From NCBI GenBank assembly GCA_964016885.1, contig OZ024753.1, forward strand, positions 9,796,001-9,860,000: a stretch of DNA of 64,000 nucleotides. The letters run 5' to 3'. Made by a program: the position numbers and the translations under genes. The notes under the pieces were generated by a model. That model had not been told where the DNA came from, ran no database searches, and was given only the letters and a program-made list of their open reading frames with translations. The stretch comes from Eledone cirrhosa. Its lineage: Eukaryota. Below, one piece after another: positions 1-11,400 of the stretch; the first letter of the stretch is position 1, and each line of letters opens with the position of its first letter.

Positions 1-240
1 TGGTGTGTATGTGTGTGTGGTAGTGGTGGTGCTGCTGTGGGTGGTGATGGTGGTGGGGGTTATGTGGTGGTGGTGGTGTGTATGTGTGGTGGTGGTGGTG
101 TGGGGGAGTATGTGTGTGGGTGGTGGTGGTGGTGGTGGTGGCGGGGTTATGTGTGTGTAGTGGTGGGGTTATGTGGTGGTGGTGGTGTGTATGTGTGTGT
201 GGGGGTTATGTGTGTGTGGTGGTGGTGTTGTGGGTATGCA
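1..240. repeat. (GGT)n/(GT)n low-complexity tract
   Basis: Mixed GGT/GTGT repeats read directly; the ORFs here are compositional artefacts. Confidence 0.9.
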
Positions 241-492
241 TAATTTGGTTTCATGGTGAGGTTTTAATCTAGCAACTCTGTGTCTGTGCAACTCGGGCGG
301 AACAAACATTACAAGGGTGGTCGTTTGAAAGTAACGCTTTGTCAGGTTTCTACTCTTTGTTTACATCTTTTGACGATATACTGTACATCATCGATATACG
401 CAGACAAATACATGCCTGGCTGGTTGGCTGGCTGGCTCGATGGATAGATGATGGACGAACGGACCGACGGATCGATGGATAGATGGACGAAC

Positions 493-544
<52 letters not shown>
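493..544. repeat. (GATA)n microsatellite
   Basis: Perfect AGAT run abutting the 3' end of the Tx1-like LINE. Confidence 0.95.
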
Positions 545-545
<1 letters not shown>

Positions 546-547
546 TG

Positions 548-3500
548 TTTCGTTATTAGCCACAGGGGCACAAAAGAAGGGGACAAATACAAAGGGGGAA
601 GTTTAGATACAATAAAAACGTGTAAAATATTATCACAAATGCAATTGAAAAGTTAATCGATTTTCCCCAATAGGGGGAGACAGTACATATGGGTAACACA
701 TACCCCCGAAAAAATGTGCAACCCTCATCTCCAGGAGTACGAAGAGTTTGTACCCCCTTCCTCTTTTCCTCCTTTTCCTCAACCTACAGGCTGATATAGA
801 GAGAAGGCCCATTCACTCGGGCCATTCTCGCCACTTTCACCCACCTTTCATAAAACTTGCTGGGGTACAGCACCTCTCTCTCCATCCTGATTCTTCTTCC
901 AAAGTGGTATTTGAAAAAAAGAATCAGTTGTTGGCTGGAGAGAAAGGTGTCCGACCTCAGCCCTTTCAACCTCGTCCACCATACAACTTCTTTCGCCATA
1001 GCTATCACACAAAGAAAAACCGCCTCTCCTTCGTTTTTGAATGAGGGTGGCGGTTTGATCATGACAATGGACTCGGTGGTCAACCGGATTAGCCCCACCC
1101 GCGACAATAGTCGTTCTACATAGCCCCACAGGTCGGTAACGCCCGGGAAGTGTATGAATGCGTGCGCGACGGTTTCTTCGTCTCGCACGCATCTCGGACA
1201 GATCTTTTTCGAAGGGTCCCTGCTTGGGCGCCCGTGTCTGTAGAGCTTGTATCGAACAGGTAGAGCTCCTCGGTAGCACTGCCAGGCCAGGGACTTTTGG
1301 AAGTTGTCCATCGGTCCCGGGCGGAAGGTCCTACCGAACAGACTGGCCAGTTCGTCTTCCTCTACGACTAGAGTTTCTCCGAGCGCGTCGTCGCACTTGT
1401 TGCGGATCAAACCTCTATAGAATGACGAAGTGGAGTCTCCACTGATCGCCGGGTCCGCCTGCCAGAGGGCTGTGAGCGCCTGAGCACATTCGATGTGCCA
1501 GTCGCCCATTTTCCTCGGTCTTTGCTTGACCCAGGACTGCAGCTCGGTCAGCGAGACGAGTCGTGGGAAGGCTCTCCTCACGAACGGGGCCCACACCGGT
1601 TGTCCGGTGAGAAATACGTAGAGATGCCGCAGCCTGAGCGCGTGTTTGCGCATCGTCAGCCACAGCATCCCCAACTCTCTGTTGGAAGGGTGTTGGCAGC
1701 AGATGGATCTTCTCACCAAAGGATCCCGCTTCTTCCAAAGGAATTGGAAGAGCGCGCGCTCCATTTTGGTGAGCGTTTTGGCTGGACAAGGCACGACGGT
1801 CAAGCGGCAGTAGATGACGGACGCTCTAAAAGTGTTCGCCACCTCCGCTTTACTTTTCAAGGATAGTTTGCACTCGGCCCACTTCTGGGTGAGTTGAAAC
1901 ACCTTGGCCGTCTCCTCGTCCCAGTTCTTCTCCACCTGGAGGTCCGGACCAAACCAGACCCCGAGCAGTTTCACCGGTCCTTCCATCCAGCGTCCGACGA
2001 CGCCATCGGAAGGCATCGGTTTGCCTCTCCACGATCCGAGTTGCAAACCGATAGACTTGTCCCGGTTCAGCTTCGCTCCTGTGAACCTTTCTTATTCCTT
2101 CAGAAAGGTGCCGACTTCCTCGATTTGTGAGGTGCTCGAAACCATGACTGTCACGTCGTCGGCATAGGCCGACGCTGCTTTCCAAAGTCCCGGTTCCAGA
2201 GGGATGCCCAGCAATAGCTCCAACTTCCGCAGTAGTGGATCGAGAGTCAGTACGTACAGAAGGGAGGAGAGAGGGCATCTCTGTCGGATGGGCCGCGTGA
2301 TATGGAAGGGCTCCGAGAGGTAGCCGTTCACCTTGACCCTTGAGCAGATGTTGCTGCTGTGCATTGCAGCAATCCAGCCCCTGAACACGGGTCCGAAGCC
2401 TGCCGCCTCGAGCACCGCATCCAGGTAACGATGGTCAACCCTATCGAAAGCCTTAGACTGCTCCAAGTTGATCAGGGACCCACCGAAGCCGGGTTTACAC
2501 CCAACCCTCTCTACGATGTATCGCATGAGGTGGAGGTTGTCGTGTATGGACCTGGTCGGGATTGCGCATGTCTGCGCTCTCCCACCAGGTTTTCGACAAG
2601 CGCCAGCCTCTTTGCCAACACCTTGGCCAAGATCTGTAACTTTGTGTTTAGCAGAGTTATGGGCCGGAGGTTGCCTATGTCATCCCCCTTATTCTCGTCC
2701 TTCCTGACTAGCGTGACTACACCCCTGGTCACAGAACTGGGAATTATCCCGTTCTGCTGCCAGTTGCAGTAGACCGCTTCCAGGAGAACAGAGAACAAGT
2801 CCGGCATTGCTACGTACAATTCGTAGGGTAGACCGTCGAGACCTGGAGATTTGCGTTTGCAGCATTGGCTCAGCGCGTCCCCTATCTCAGCGGCTGAAAT
2901 AGGCCTTTCGCAGAACTTCGCCTCGCTGTCCGAAAGTCGCGGCAGGCCGTCGAGGTATGGACAGAAATCCATAGCCCCTCCCGGCGCGTCGCCCTGCCGA
3001 ACAGCTGAGCAAAGTGCCGCTGAAAGGCCGCGCACATCTGCTTCGGCTCACGTATCACGCGTCCGTCTTGGTCCTTCAAAGACCCAATCGTGGACTTGTT
3101 GCCACTTTTCGCCTCCGTCACCCGGGCCCAGCTAACAGCTTTGGCTCCCAGGTTACCCAGAGCACGTATTTTGCTTCTGACAACGCAGCCCTCGTGCTTT
3201 GCGTCGAAGAACTGGTCCAAGGCCGTTCTCGTTGCTAGCACGCTGGCTACGTTGCCACTTCTAATTGCCTCTTCTACTTTATCTACCAGTTCCTACTCGG
3301 TCCTATTTCTATCTAACGTTAATTCTTTGATTTCCATGTGTCTAACACACGTGGACATGCCCACAAAGTCAGAAAACAGCGCGGTTCCCATGACTTTCGG
3401 AAACATTTTTTCACGCTCAGAGTTGCTGAAGCATGGAACAAACTACCTACATCGGTTGTTAGCTGTCGAGACACTGCATCCTTTAAAACCTCCAACACTA

Positions 3501-3860
3501 CACCTAATGTGCCCCCTCCATACACATATGTTTATCATGACTCATATACTATTCACTTTCCTGACATTTGTATATGATTCTATGTACTATACATGCACCT
3601 TTGACGAGGTGTACTGCACCTGAGCACTTTACACAATAATTTCATTATTATTATTTACTGAAAACTAACGAGTCTAATCTAACTGCCCTCTTGAGAGAGT
3701 ACCACCATCTGTTGTTGACAATGGCCCCTGTCAAGTGCTGTTTAACTAAAGTGCTAATCCGTCTACTCTAGGCTTTGCATGTCAGTAACGACAAGTTCAG
3801 CTTCCAGTAGCCGGGTCCTTCTCTATGGGTTCTATCAAGGTTGACCATGCAGGTCGAGCG
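548..3860 (-). mobile_element. 5'-truncated, frameshifted L1/Tx1-clade non-LTR retrotransposon (ORF2 RT + zf-RVT, 3' UTR), interrupted by a CR1 fragment
   Basis: Minus-strand frames carry GPGYWKLNLSLL (~3790-3820), KSPGLDGLPYELY, LRPITLLNTKLQILAKVLAKRL, EQSKAFDRVDH, RQRCPLSSLLYV, YADD and C-terminal CPRC...ETVAHAFIHFP. Split over ORFs 2882-3241, 2511-3035, 2092-2526 and 784-2046. Confidence 0.9.
3322..3654 (+). mobile_element. CR1/L2-type LINE 3' end nested in the Tx1 element
   Basis: NTRGHAHKVRKQ...RKHFFTLRVAEAWNKLP is the typical CR1 ORF2 C-terminus. It ends in a (TTA)n tail, and Tx1 coding sequence resumes on both sides. Confidence 0.8.
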
Positions 3861-3879
3861 TGTTGTGCAAGTGCTCCTT

Positions 3880-4078
3880 TCTTCCTTTTGCTCTCTTCTT
3901 TAACCTACAGGCTTATAAACAGAGAAGACCCAATCACTCGGGCCATTTTCGCTTCATTCACCGACCTTTCAGTAAATTTACTGGGGTGCAGTGCCTCTTT
4001 CTCCACTCTGATTCTCCTTCTAAAGTGATACTTAAAGAAGGGAATCAATTGTTGTCCGGTGAGAAAGGCATCTGTCCT
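3880..4078 (-). mobile_element. Second Tx1-like 3' ORF2 fragment, tandem to the first
   Basis: DAFLTGQQLIPFFKYHFRRRIRVEKEALHPSKF...SLFISL is paralogous to the C-terminus of 784-2046. Confidence 0.85.
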
Positions 4079-4080
4079 AC

Positions 4081-4081
4081 G

Positions 4082-4164
<83 letters not shown>

Positions 4165-4200
4165 GGATGGATGGATATATGGATAGATAGATGGATGGCT
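4081..4200. repeat. (GATA)n/(GATG)n microsatellite
   Basis: Read directly. Confidence 0.95.
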
Positions 4201-4842
4201 GGGTGGGTAGACAGACGAATGGGCAGGCGTCTACGAAACTACACACAAAAGGCAACCCGATGCTATGGTTTGAGTTACTTGCTCAAGGTATCATGCAGTG
4301 GAATCGCGTCCGGGACAAGTTTACGAAACGAACGCCTTCACCGCATAGTCATACTAGTGTTATTTGAGTGACATTTCACTACTATTTCTAGTACAACATA
4401 TAGGCTCCTTTCACACGAGTGTTGTTACTTGACTCTATGTTTACTGAGATGGGGGAGACCCACAATCAAAGACGTTCCAGTCGTAACCATCTCGTCGTTT
4501 TCTAAATACTCAGAACTGCATTATTCAGTGTATCCTTCTCTTCTTTAGACAGTAGGTTGTAATTTAAAAAAAAAAGATTTTGCTGCTATTACTAGCAGTT
4601 TGAGCAGCCAGGTAGAGGGACTCTCTTTGTACCATTCGTACATGGCTGTTGTGTGCTGTTGCTGCTTCTGTCACAGCTGTTGTTGATCCCCGGGCCTGCT
4701 CTAATCATACAGATTCATAACCAATGTATTCCACCTATAATCATCTAGTCTTTTTATTTTTATTTTTGAAGCCGGTTGGGTGGTGGGGGAGAATATCAGA
4801 AACTACCTAAACGGTGAGTGCTTCCCCCCCCCCCCCCATATA

Positions 4843-4879
4843 TATTGGGTCGTCAAATTTCATACTTGACGATCCAATA
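4843..4879. mobile_element. Tc1/mariner-type TIR-only remnant (37 bp)
   Basis: TATTGGGTCGTCAA...TTGACGATCCAATA; same TIR family as 51718-51800. Confidence 0.6.
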
Positions 4880-4917
4880 AATATATATATATATATATAT
4901 ATAATTTCAAGTTATCA

Positions 4918-5056
4918 ATAATTGTCTCTACTTTAGGCACAAGGCCAGCAATTACCCAGTGCATTACTGGTACTTTATTTTATCGACTCCGGAAGGATGA
5001 AAGGCAAAGTCAACCTCGGCGGGATTTGAACTCAGATCGTAAAGGGACGTAACTTA
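4918..5056 (-). mobile_element. tRNA-derived SINE (family A), partial
   Basis: Box-B-like GAGTTCAAATCC followed by GCCGAGGTTGACTTTGCCTTTCATCCTT..GTCGATAAAATAAAGTACCAGT, repeated about 20 times in the window. The central domain resembles Nin/Deu-type SINE domains (from memory, unverified). Confidence 0.85.
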
Positions 5057-5153
5057 TCAATAATGTAGTGATCACATATCGTCACGTTAGGGATGAACAG
5101 CGTAAGTTTAGGTTTGGTCAACGAGTATAAATTATATTCCGGAGAAAATTTAG

Positions 5154-5192
<39 letters not shown>

Positions 5193-5211
5193 ATGTATAC
5201 AGATTAAAGTA

Positions 5212-5281
5212 TAAGCAAAGAATCGCTGCTTTCACCCCCTTATGGGATCGTAAATGGGTGAAAGCAGTGATTCTTTACTTA
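5212..5281. repeat. Palindrome built from an HHR 3' half (stem II-GAAA-stem III-CUU)
   Basis: TAAGCAAAGAATCGCTGCTTTC ACCC..GGGT GAAAGCAGTGATTCTTTACTTA. Left arm on minus reads GAAA GCAG CGATTCT TTGC TT. Confidence 0.55.
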
Positions 5282-5369
5282 AACGGGTTTATATATATGC
5301 TTTTGTTATAAATACAATCCTTATCGAGCTCTCTTTGGATTTTGGACTTCGTAATTATTATTACTATAT

Positions 5370-6883
5370 ATATAGTTTAATACCCAATTATTATTACTAT
5401 ATATTTAGTTTAATACCCAATCCATAAATTTTTATGAAACTTATCTATAACTCTAAATTTTTAATGAGTTTTTTTATCTATTATTTATAGTATAATATAG
5501 CATATATTTCTTTTAAATATATTTACTGCACTATAAAATCTAAAATTTAAGACAGATTCAAACTTATATATAAATGTGAATTTTTTGCTGCGCTTTCGAT
5601 CTCTTATTTATTTATAATATAATGTATTATAATATGTATGTAGTTATATATTATATTTTCTATATTTTTAAATATTTTTAAATATACCTACCACATTTCT
5701 ATATATATGATTCAAATATAGAGAAAATATCCAAACTAAAAATTATTATAGACATTATTTTGAACTCTTAGACATTATCCATGCACTCATTGTGGTTTTT
5801 CTTATATATATATATTATGTGTATTTAAATGTGACACGTTGATAAAATTATAACTGTTATCATTTACCTAAAGTATACTACACTAATAATACCTAATATA
5901 TATCTAGATATATACATCCCTGTATCTAATAATATGTTGATATCTTGGTTGAAGAATAATTACTGCATTTATACATAGGTATATATTTATCCTTAACATC
6001 CTTCAATATATTATCTTATTTTATTTTTATCTTCGTCGTTATTATTTACCTTAAACATACTGGTTCATTAATATACACCTATATACATAATAGTTATTTA
6101 AATATGTATAACAATAAGTACTTCAAAAGCTTTACATACCTAATATGTTGGTATATTTGTGAAAGTTTGAATTTAGGTAAACAATCAACAGTATAATATT
6201 TCATTCTTTATGTGCCAGCTAAATCCTTTAAATGTTACCCTCATAAAATTCAGAAGTTTAAAAATGATAACACACTTATCGAATTTATACAAATAATATA
6301 TAAATAACCAGCAAATAATCCTGAAATCTGGAGTCTTCACCCTAATATTATAAATTAAATATTTTCAAGTTTAACCGTTTAACTTTCGAAAAAATATATC
6401 ACCCCGTCCCCGCCACACTTTATTTTTCCCTCTTTATAAATCCTTTTCCAGTGGCTATCACTGGCTGTTATGATTCATGAGACGTTTTTCCTAGGTATAT
6501 CGTAGTATCATACACTTTAAAACTTTTAGAACAGTTACAGCATGCAACGTTCTTTATTACTCACACATTCTCTAATGAATTTATTACGTTTTCGCATAGA
6601 GAGGATATAAGTAAAATTTTCTCTTGGGTTAATCACTACCTTGATTAAATCTTAACCATTTAACATCTCAGGGTATGTCATGTATCATTATATTTTGTCT
6701 GATGAGGACGTACTGTTGTACATCCGAAATATGTATAATAAAATGTAATTCATCAAAAGAACATCTATTTATTAATACTTATATTTTAATATTAATAACT
6801 CCAGAAAATTATTTTACCGTTGAGTGCTTCCAATCTACTGTAAAACTCATTCTTTGACATAATCATTGAATATTGTTTAACCC

Positions 6884-6888
<5 letters not shown>
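5370..6888 (+). mobile_element. AT-rich putative Penelope-like 3' region ending in an HHR-containing terminus, followed by (TA)n
   Basis: HHR near the 3' end; 6712-6888 recurs rearranged at 60841-61001; no coding motif recognised. Confidence 0.45.
6687..6749 (+). ncRNA. Type I hammerhead ribozyme
   Basis: ATTATATTTTGT-CTGATGA-GGACGTAC-TGTT-GTACATCC-GAAA-TA-TG-TA-TA-ATAAAATGTAAT. 12-bp stem I with GU pairs, stem II with one mismatch, AUA triplet, predicted cut after 6737. Confidence 0.8.
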
Positions 6889-6943
<55 letters not shown>

Positions 6944-7067
6944 ATAATAATAATAAATGTGAAGGCTAAAATCCAAAGAGGGCTCGATAAGGATAAATAT
7001 ATATCAAATATATAAGAACCATAGAGCAGCGATTCTTTGCTTAAACTTTAATCTGTTATTTTAATGT

Positions 7068-7113
<46 letters not shown>

Positions 7114-7207
7114 GTAGAACATTGTGGGTTATATCTGCAGTAGCAGAACACTCAGTCCTTGGGATGAGTTTGGTAGAAGTAGATCCACAACAGTGAATAC
7201 ACCATTT

Positions 7208-7249
7208 CCGAGAACAATTTGTTTCACCTCAAACAGATCATCAGCTCGG
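7208..7249 (-). ncRNA. Type I hammerhead ribozyme (weak stem II)
   Basis: Minus strand CCGAG-CTGATGA-TCTGTTTGAGGT-GAAA-CAA-A-TTG-TT-CTCGG. Perfect 5-bp stem I, GUU triplet. Confidence 0.7.
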
Positions 7250-7285
7250 TTTAAATGATCTGATGTGTGTGTGGGGGGGGGGGGG

Positions 7286-7495
7286 TGAAAAGAGTCAGGA
7301 CCGGCGTCTGAGCTCCGGCCGTTTCGACAGCTAAATCCGAACAGTTCGGATGTAGCTGTCGAAACGGCCGGAGCTCACCCGTCGAGCTCATGACTCTTTT
7401 CATATTACCCACTCTACTACCCTAAGTATCGAGTACCCTGGTGCCTTATGGTCCACCTCTGGTGCGTTATGGTCCACATCTTCTTTCTTTTATAT
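7286..7495 (+). mobile_element. Short fold-back retroelement, family P (palindrome + unique 3' tail)
   Basis: Palindrome 7286-7402 centred on GACAGCTAAATCCGAAC/GTTCGGATGTAGCTGTC, then GAAA CGG..CCG TC. The tail ATTACCCACTCTACTACCCTAAGTA..TTATGGTCCA is shared with 52315-52504 and 61031-61224. Confidence 0.75.
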
Positions 7496-7550
7496 ACATA
7501 TATATATATATATTGCCAGGTTTTTGATATGAAATCGTGTGTTGAAACAA

Positions 7551-7926
7551 ATATTGTTATATTTGGGGAGGGTCATATTGTTGTAATAATATTGCCAGAA
7601 ATAATAGCAGAACGTACTCACACAGAGACAGAGACAAGAATAAACAAATAAATAAAATTAAATTAAAATGGCATAGGCATTACAATACAATGGGGGAAAA
7701 CATAATAGTACCACTGATGATGTCACAGATGTGTGACGAAAGAACTTTGATAGAATATATATATATATATATTTTAACCGTTGGTCAATCAATGATAAAC
7801 ATTGATTGCCAGATAAATTAACTATGGAGATATAAAATATACAGAAGCGAAAACCAACCCAAACCAAACAGTGAGTGTGTTCTGTTATTATTTCTGGAAA
7901 TATTAAAACATGACCCTCCCCAAATA

Positions 7927-7932
<6 letters not shown>
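7551..7932. repeat. Imperfect inverted repeat (7551-7622 / 7871-7932) between (TA)n tracts
   Basis: GTTATATTTGGGGAGGGTCAT..CCAGAAATAATAGCAGAAC versus GTTCTGTTATTATTTCTGG..ATGACCCTCCCCAAATATAAC. Confidence 0.75.
7709..7752 (+). ncRNA. Type I hammerhead ribozyme (extra U after A9)
   Basis: TACCA-CTGATGA-T-GTCACA-GATG-TGTGAC-GAAA-G-AA-C-TT-TGATA. Perfect 6-bp stem II, minimal stem III, CUU triplet, stem I 4/5 paired. Confidence 0.7.
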
Positions 7933-7961
<29 letters not shown>

Positions 7962-8464
7962 GTGTGACGACAACGTATTTCTTATCAAATGATAAACGAC
8001 AGTGACACTTCATTTCACTCATGTGAATCGTAAGGGATAATTTCAAATGTCATAAGAAAACAGATTCTGTTGTTATTTCCATATTTCGTCAGAAACTACC
8101 GAATACCGAGAAGTCATCCATGTTGATTGATGGCTTATTAATGGATAATCCTTGAGATAAAAGGTCAAGCTATGTCTCCATTTATCATGTTGTTGTATGG
8201 GATAATTGATTAAATTTGTATATTTTCTATATCTTATATACTTCGTTAATTAGTACTGAATTTGTAACTATATACAGCTAAGTTGAACTGAGATATTTGT
8301 AATTATGTTATGTAGCTTGGTCACATATACAAACCACTCTATCAATGTCAGTGATTTTCTTGGTACTAACCAGCAATCTCTCTAACACACTTTAACAAGT
8401 TGACCATCTGCTACACTTCTCATCTCCTCTAGTATACTAAATAAGGTAGGAAGGAAAGGAATGA

Positions 8465-11400
8465 GATATCACAGTTCCGGTACTATGGGCATGTGGTTAG
8501 AATGTCTCAGGAAAAAATTGCTGGACAGATTTGTAGCTTGGCGATCAGAGAGTCACTCCAGGTAGAGCCGCTACTTCTCCGAATTGAAATATCACAGCTC
8601 CGATACTATGAGCATGTGATTAGAATGTCTCAGGAAAAAATTGCTAGACAGATTTGTAGCTTGGAGATCAGAGAGTCACTCCAGGTAGAGCCGCTACTTC
8701 TCCGAATTGAAATATCACAGCTCCGATACTATGAGCATGTGATTAGAATGTCTCAGGAAAAAATTGCTAGACAGATTTGTAGCTTGGAGATCAGAGAGTC
8801 ACTCCAGGTAGAGCCGCTACTTCTCCGAATTGAAATATCACAGCTCCGATACGATGAGCATGTGGTTAGAATGTCTCAGGAAAAAATTGCTGGACAGATT
8901 TGTAGCTTGGAGATCAGAGAGTCACTCCAGGTAGAGCCGCTACTTCTCCGAATTGAAATATCACAGCTCCGATACTATGGGCATGTGGTTAGAATGTCTC
9001 AGGAAAAAATTGCTGGACAGATTTGTAGCTTGGCGATCAGAGAGTCACTCCAGGTAGAGCCGCTACTTCTCCGAATTGAAATATCACAGCTCCGATACTA
9101 TGAGCATGTGATTAGAATGTCTCAGGAAAAAATTGCTGGACAGATTTGTAGCTTGGCGATCAGAGAGTCACTCCAGGTAGAGCCGCTACTTCTCCGAATT
9201 GAAATATCACAGCTCCGATACTATGAGCATGTGATTAGAATGTCTCAGGAAAAAATTGCTGGACAGATTTGTAGCTTGGCGATCAGAGAGTCACTCCAGG
9301 TAGAGCCGCTACTTCTCCGAATTGAAATATCACAGCTCCGATACTATGAGCATGTGATTAGAATGTCTCAGGAAAAAATTGCTGGACAGATTTGTAGCTT
9401 GGCGATCAGAGAGTCACTCCAGGTAGAGCCGCTACTTCTCCGAATTGAAATATCACAGCTCCGATACTATGAGCATGTGATTAGAATGTCTCAGGAAAAA
9501 ATTGCTAGACAGATTTGTAGCTTGGCGATCAGAGAGTCACTCCAGGTAGAGCCGCTACTTCTCCGAATTGAAATATCACAGCTCCGATACTATGAGCATG
9601 TGATTAGAATGTCTCAGGAAAAAATTGCTAGACAGATTTGTAGCTTGGCGATCAGAGAGTCACTCCAGGTAGAGCCGCTACTTCTCCGAATTGAAATATC
9701 ACAGCTCCGATACTATGAGCATGTGATTAGAATGTCTCAGGAAAAAATTGCTGGACAGATTTGTAGCTTGGAGATCAGAGAGTCACTCCAGGTAGAGCCG
9801 CTACTTCTCCGAATTGAAATATCACAGCTCCGATACTATGGGCATGTGGTTAGAATGTCTCAGGAAAAAATTGCTGGACAGATTTGTAGCTTGGCGATCA
9901 GAGAGTCACTCCAGGTAGAGCCGCTACTTCTCCGAATTGAAATATCACAGCTCCGATACTATGAGCATGTGATTAGAATGTCTCAGGAAAAAATTGCTAG
10001 ACAGATTTGTAGCTTGGAGATCAGAGAGTCACTCCAGGTAGAGCCGCTACTTCTCCGAATTGAAATATCACAGCTCCGATACTATGAGCATGTGATTAGA
10101 ATGTCTCAGGAAAAAATTGCTAGACAGATTTGTAGCTTGGAGATCAGAGAGTCACTCCAGGTAGAGCCGCTACTTCTCCGAATTGAAATATCACAGCTCC
10201 GATACGATGAGCATGTGGTTAGAATGTCTCAGGAAAAAATTGCTGGACAGATTTGTAGCTTGGAGATCAGAGAGTCACTCCAGGTAGAGCCGCTACTTCT
10301 CCGAATTGAAATATCACAGCTCCGATACTATGAGCATGTGATTAGAATGTCTCAGGAAAAAATTGCTAGACAGATTTGTAGCTTGGAGATCAGAGAGTCA
10401 CTCCAGGTAGAGCCGCTACTTCTCCGAATTGAAATATCACAGCTCCGATACGATGAGCATGTGGTTAGAATGTCTCAGGAAAAAATTGCTGGACAGATTT
10501 GTAGCTTGGAGATCAGAGAGTCACTCCAGGTAGAGCCGCTACTTCTCCGAATTGAAATATCACAGCTCCGATACTATGAGCATGTGATTAGAATGTCTCA
10601 GGAAAAAATTGCTGGACAGATTTGTAGCTTGGAGATCAGAGAGTCACTCCAGGTAGAGCCGCTACTTCTCCGAATTGAAATATCACAGCTCCGATACTAT
10701 GGGCATGTGGTTAGAATGTCTCAGGAAAAAATTGCTGGACAGATTTGTAGCTTGGCGATCAGAGAGTCACTCCAGGTAGAGCCGCTACTTCTCCGAATTG
10801 AAATATCACAGCTCCGATACTATGAGCATGTGATTAGAATGTCTCAGGAAAAAATTGCTAGACAGATTTGTAGCTTGGAGATCAGAGAGTCACTCCAGGT
10901 AGAGCCGCTACTTCTCCGAATTGAAATATCACAGCTCCGATACTATGAGCATGTGATTAGAATGTCTCAGGAAAAAATTGCTAGACAGATTTGTAGCTTG
11001 GAGATCAGAGAGTCACTCCAGGTAGAGCCGCTACTTCTCCGAATTGAAATATCACAGCTCCGATACTATGAGCATGTGATTAGAATGTCTCAGGAAAAAA
11101 TTGCTAGACAGATTTGTAGCTTGGAGATCAGAGAGTCACTCCAGGTAGAGCCGCTACTTCTCCGAATTGAAATATCACAGCTCCGATACGATGAGCATGT
11201 GGTTAGAATGTCTCAGGAAAAAATTGCTGGACAGATTTGTAGCTTGGAGATCAGAGAGTCACTCCAGGTAGAGCCGCTACTTCTCCGAATTGAAATATCA
11301 CAGCTCCGATACTATGAGCATGTGATTAGAATGTCTCAGGAAAAAATTGCTGGACAGATTTGTAGCTTGGAGATCAGAGAGTCACTCCAGGTAGAGCCGC

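Noticed and set aside
8060-8100. CTGACGA..GAAA on the minus strand
   Set aside because: No stem II or stem III pairing.
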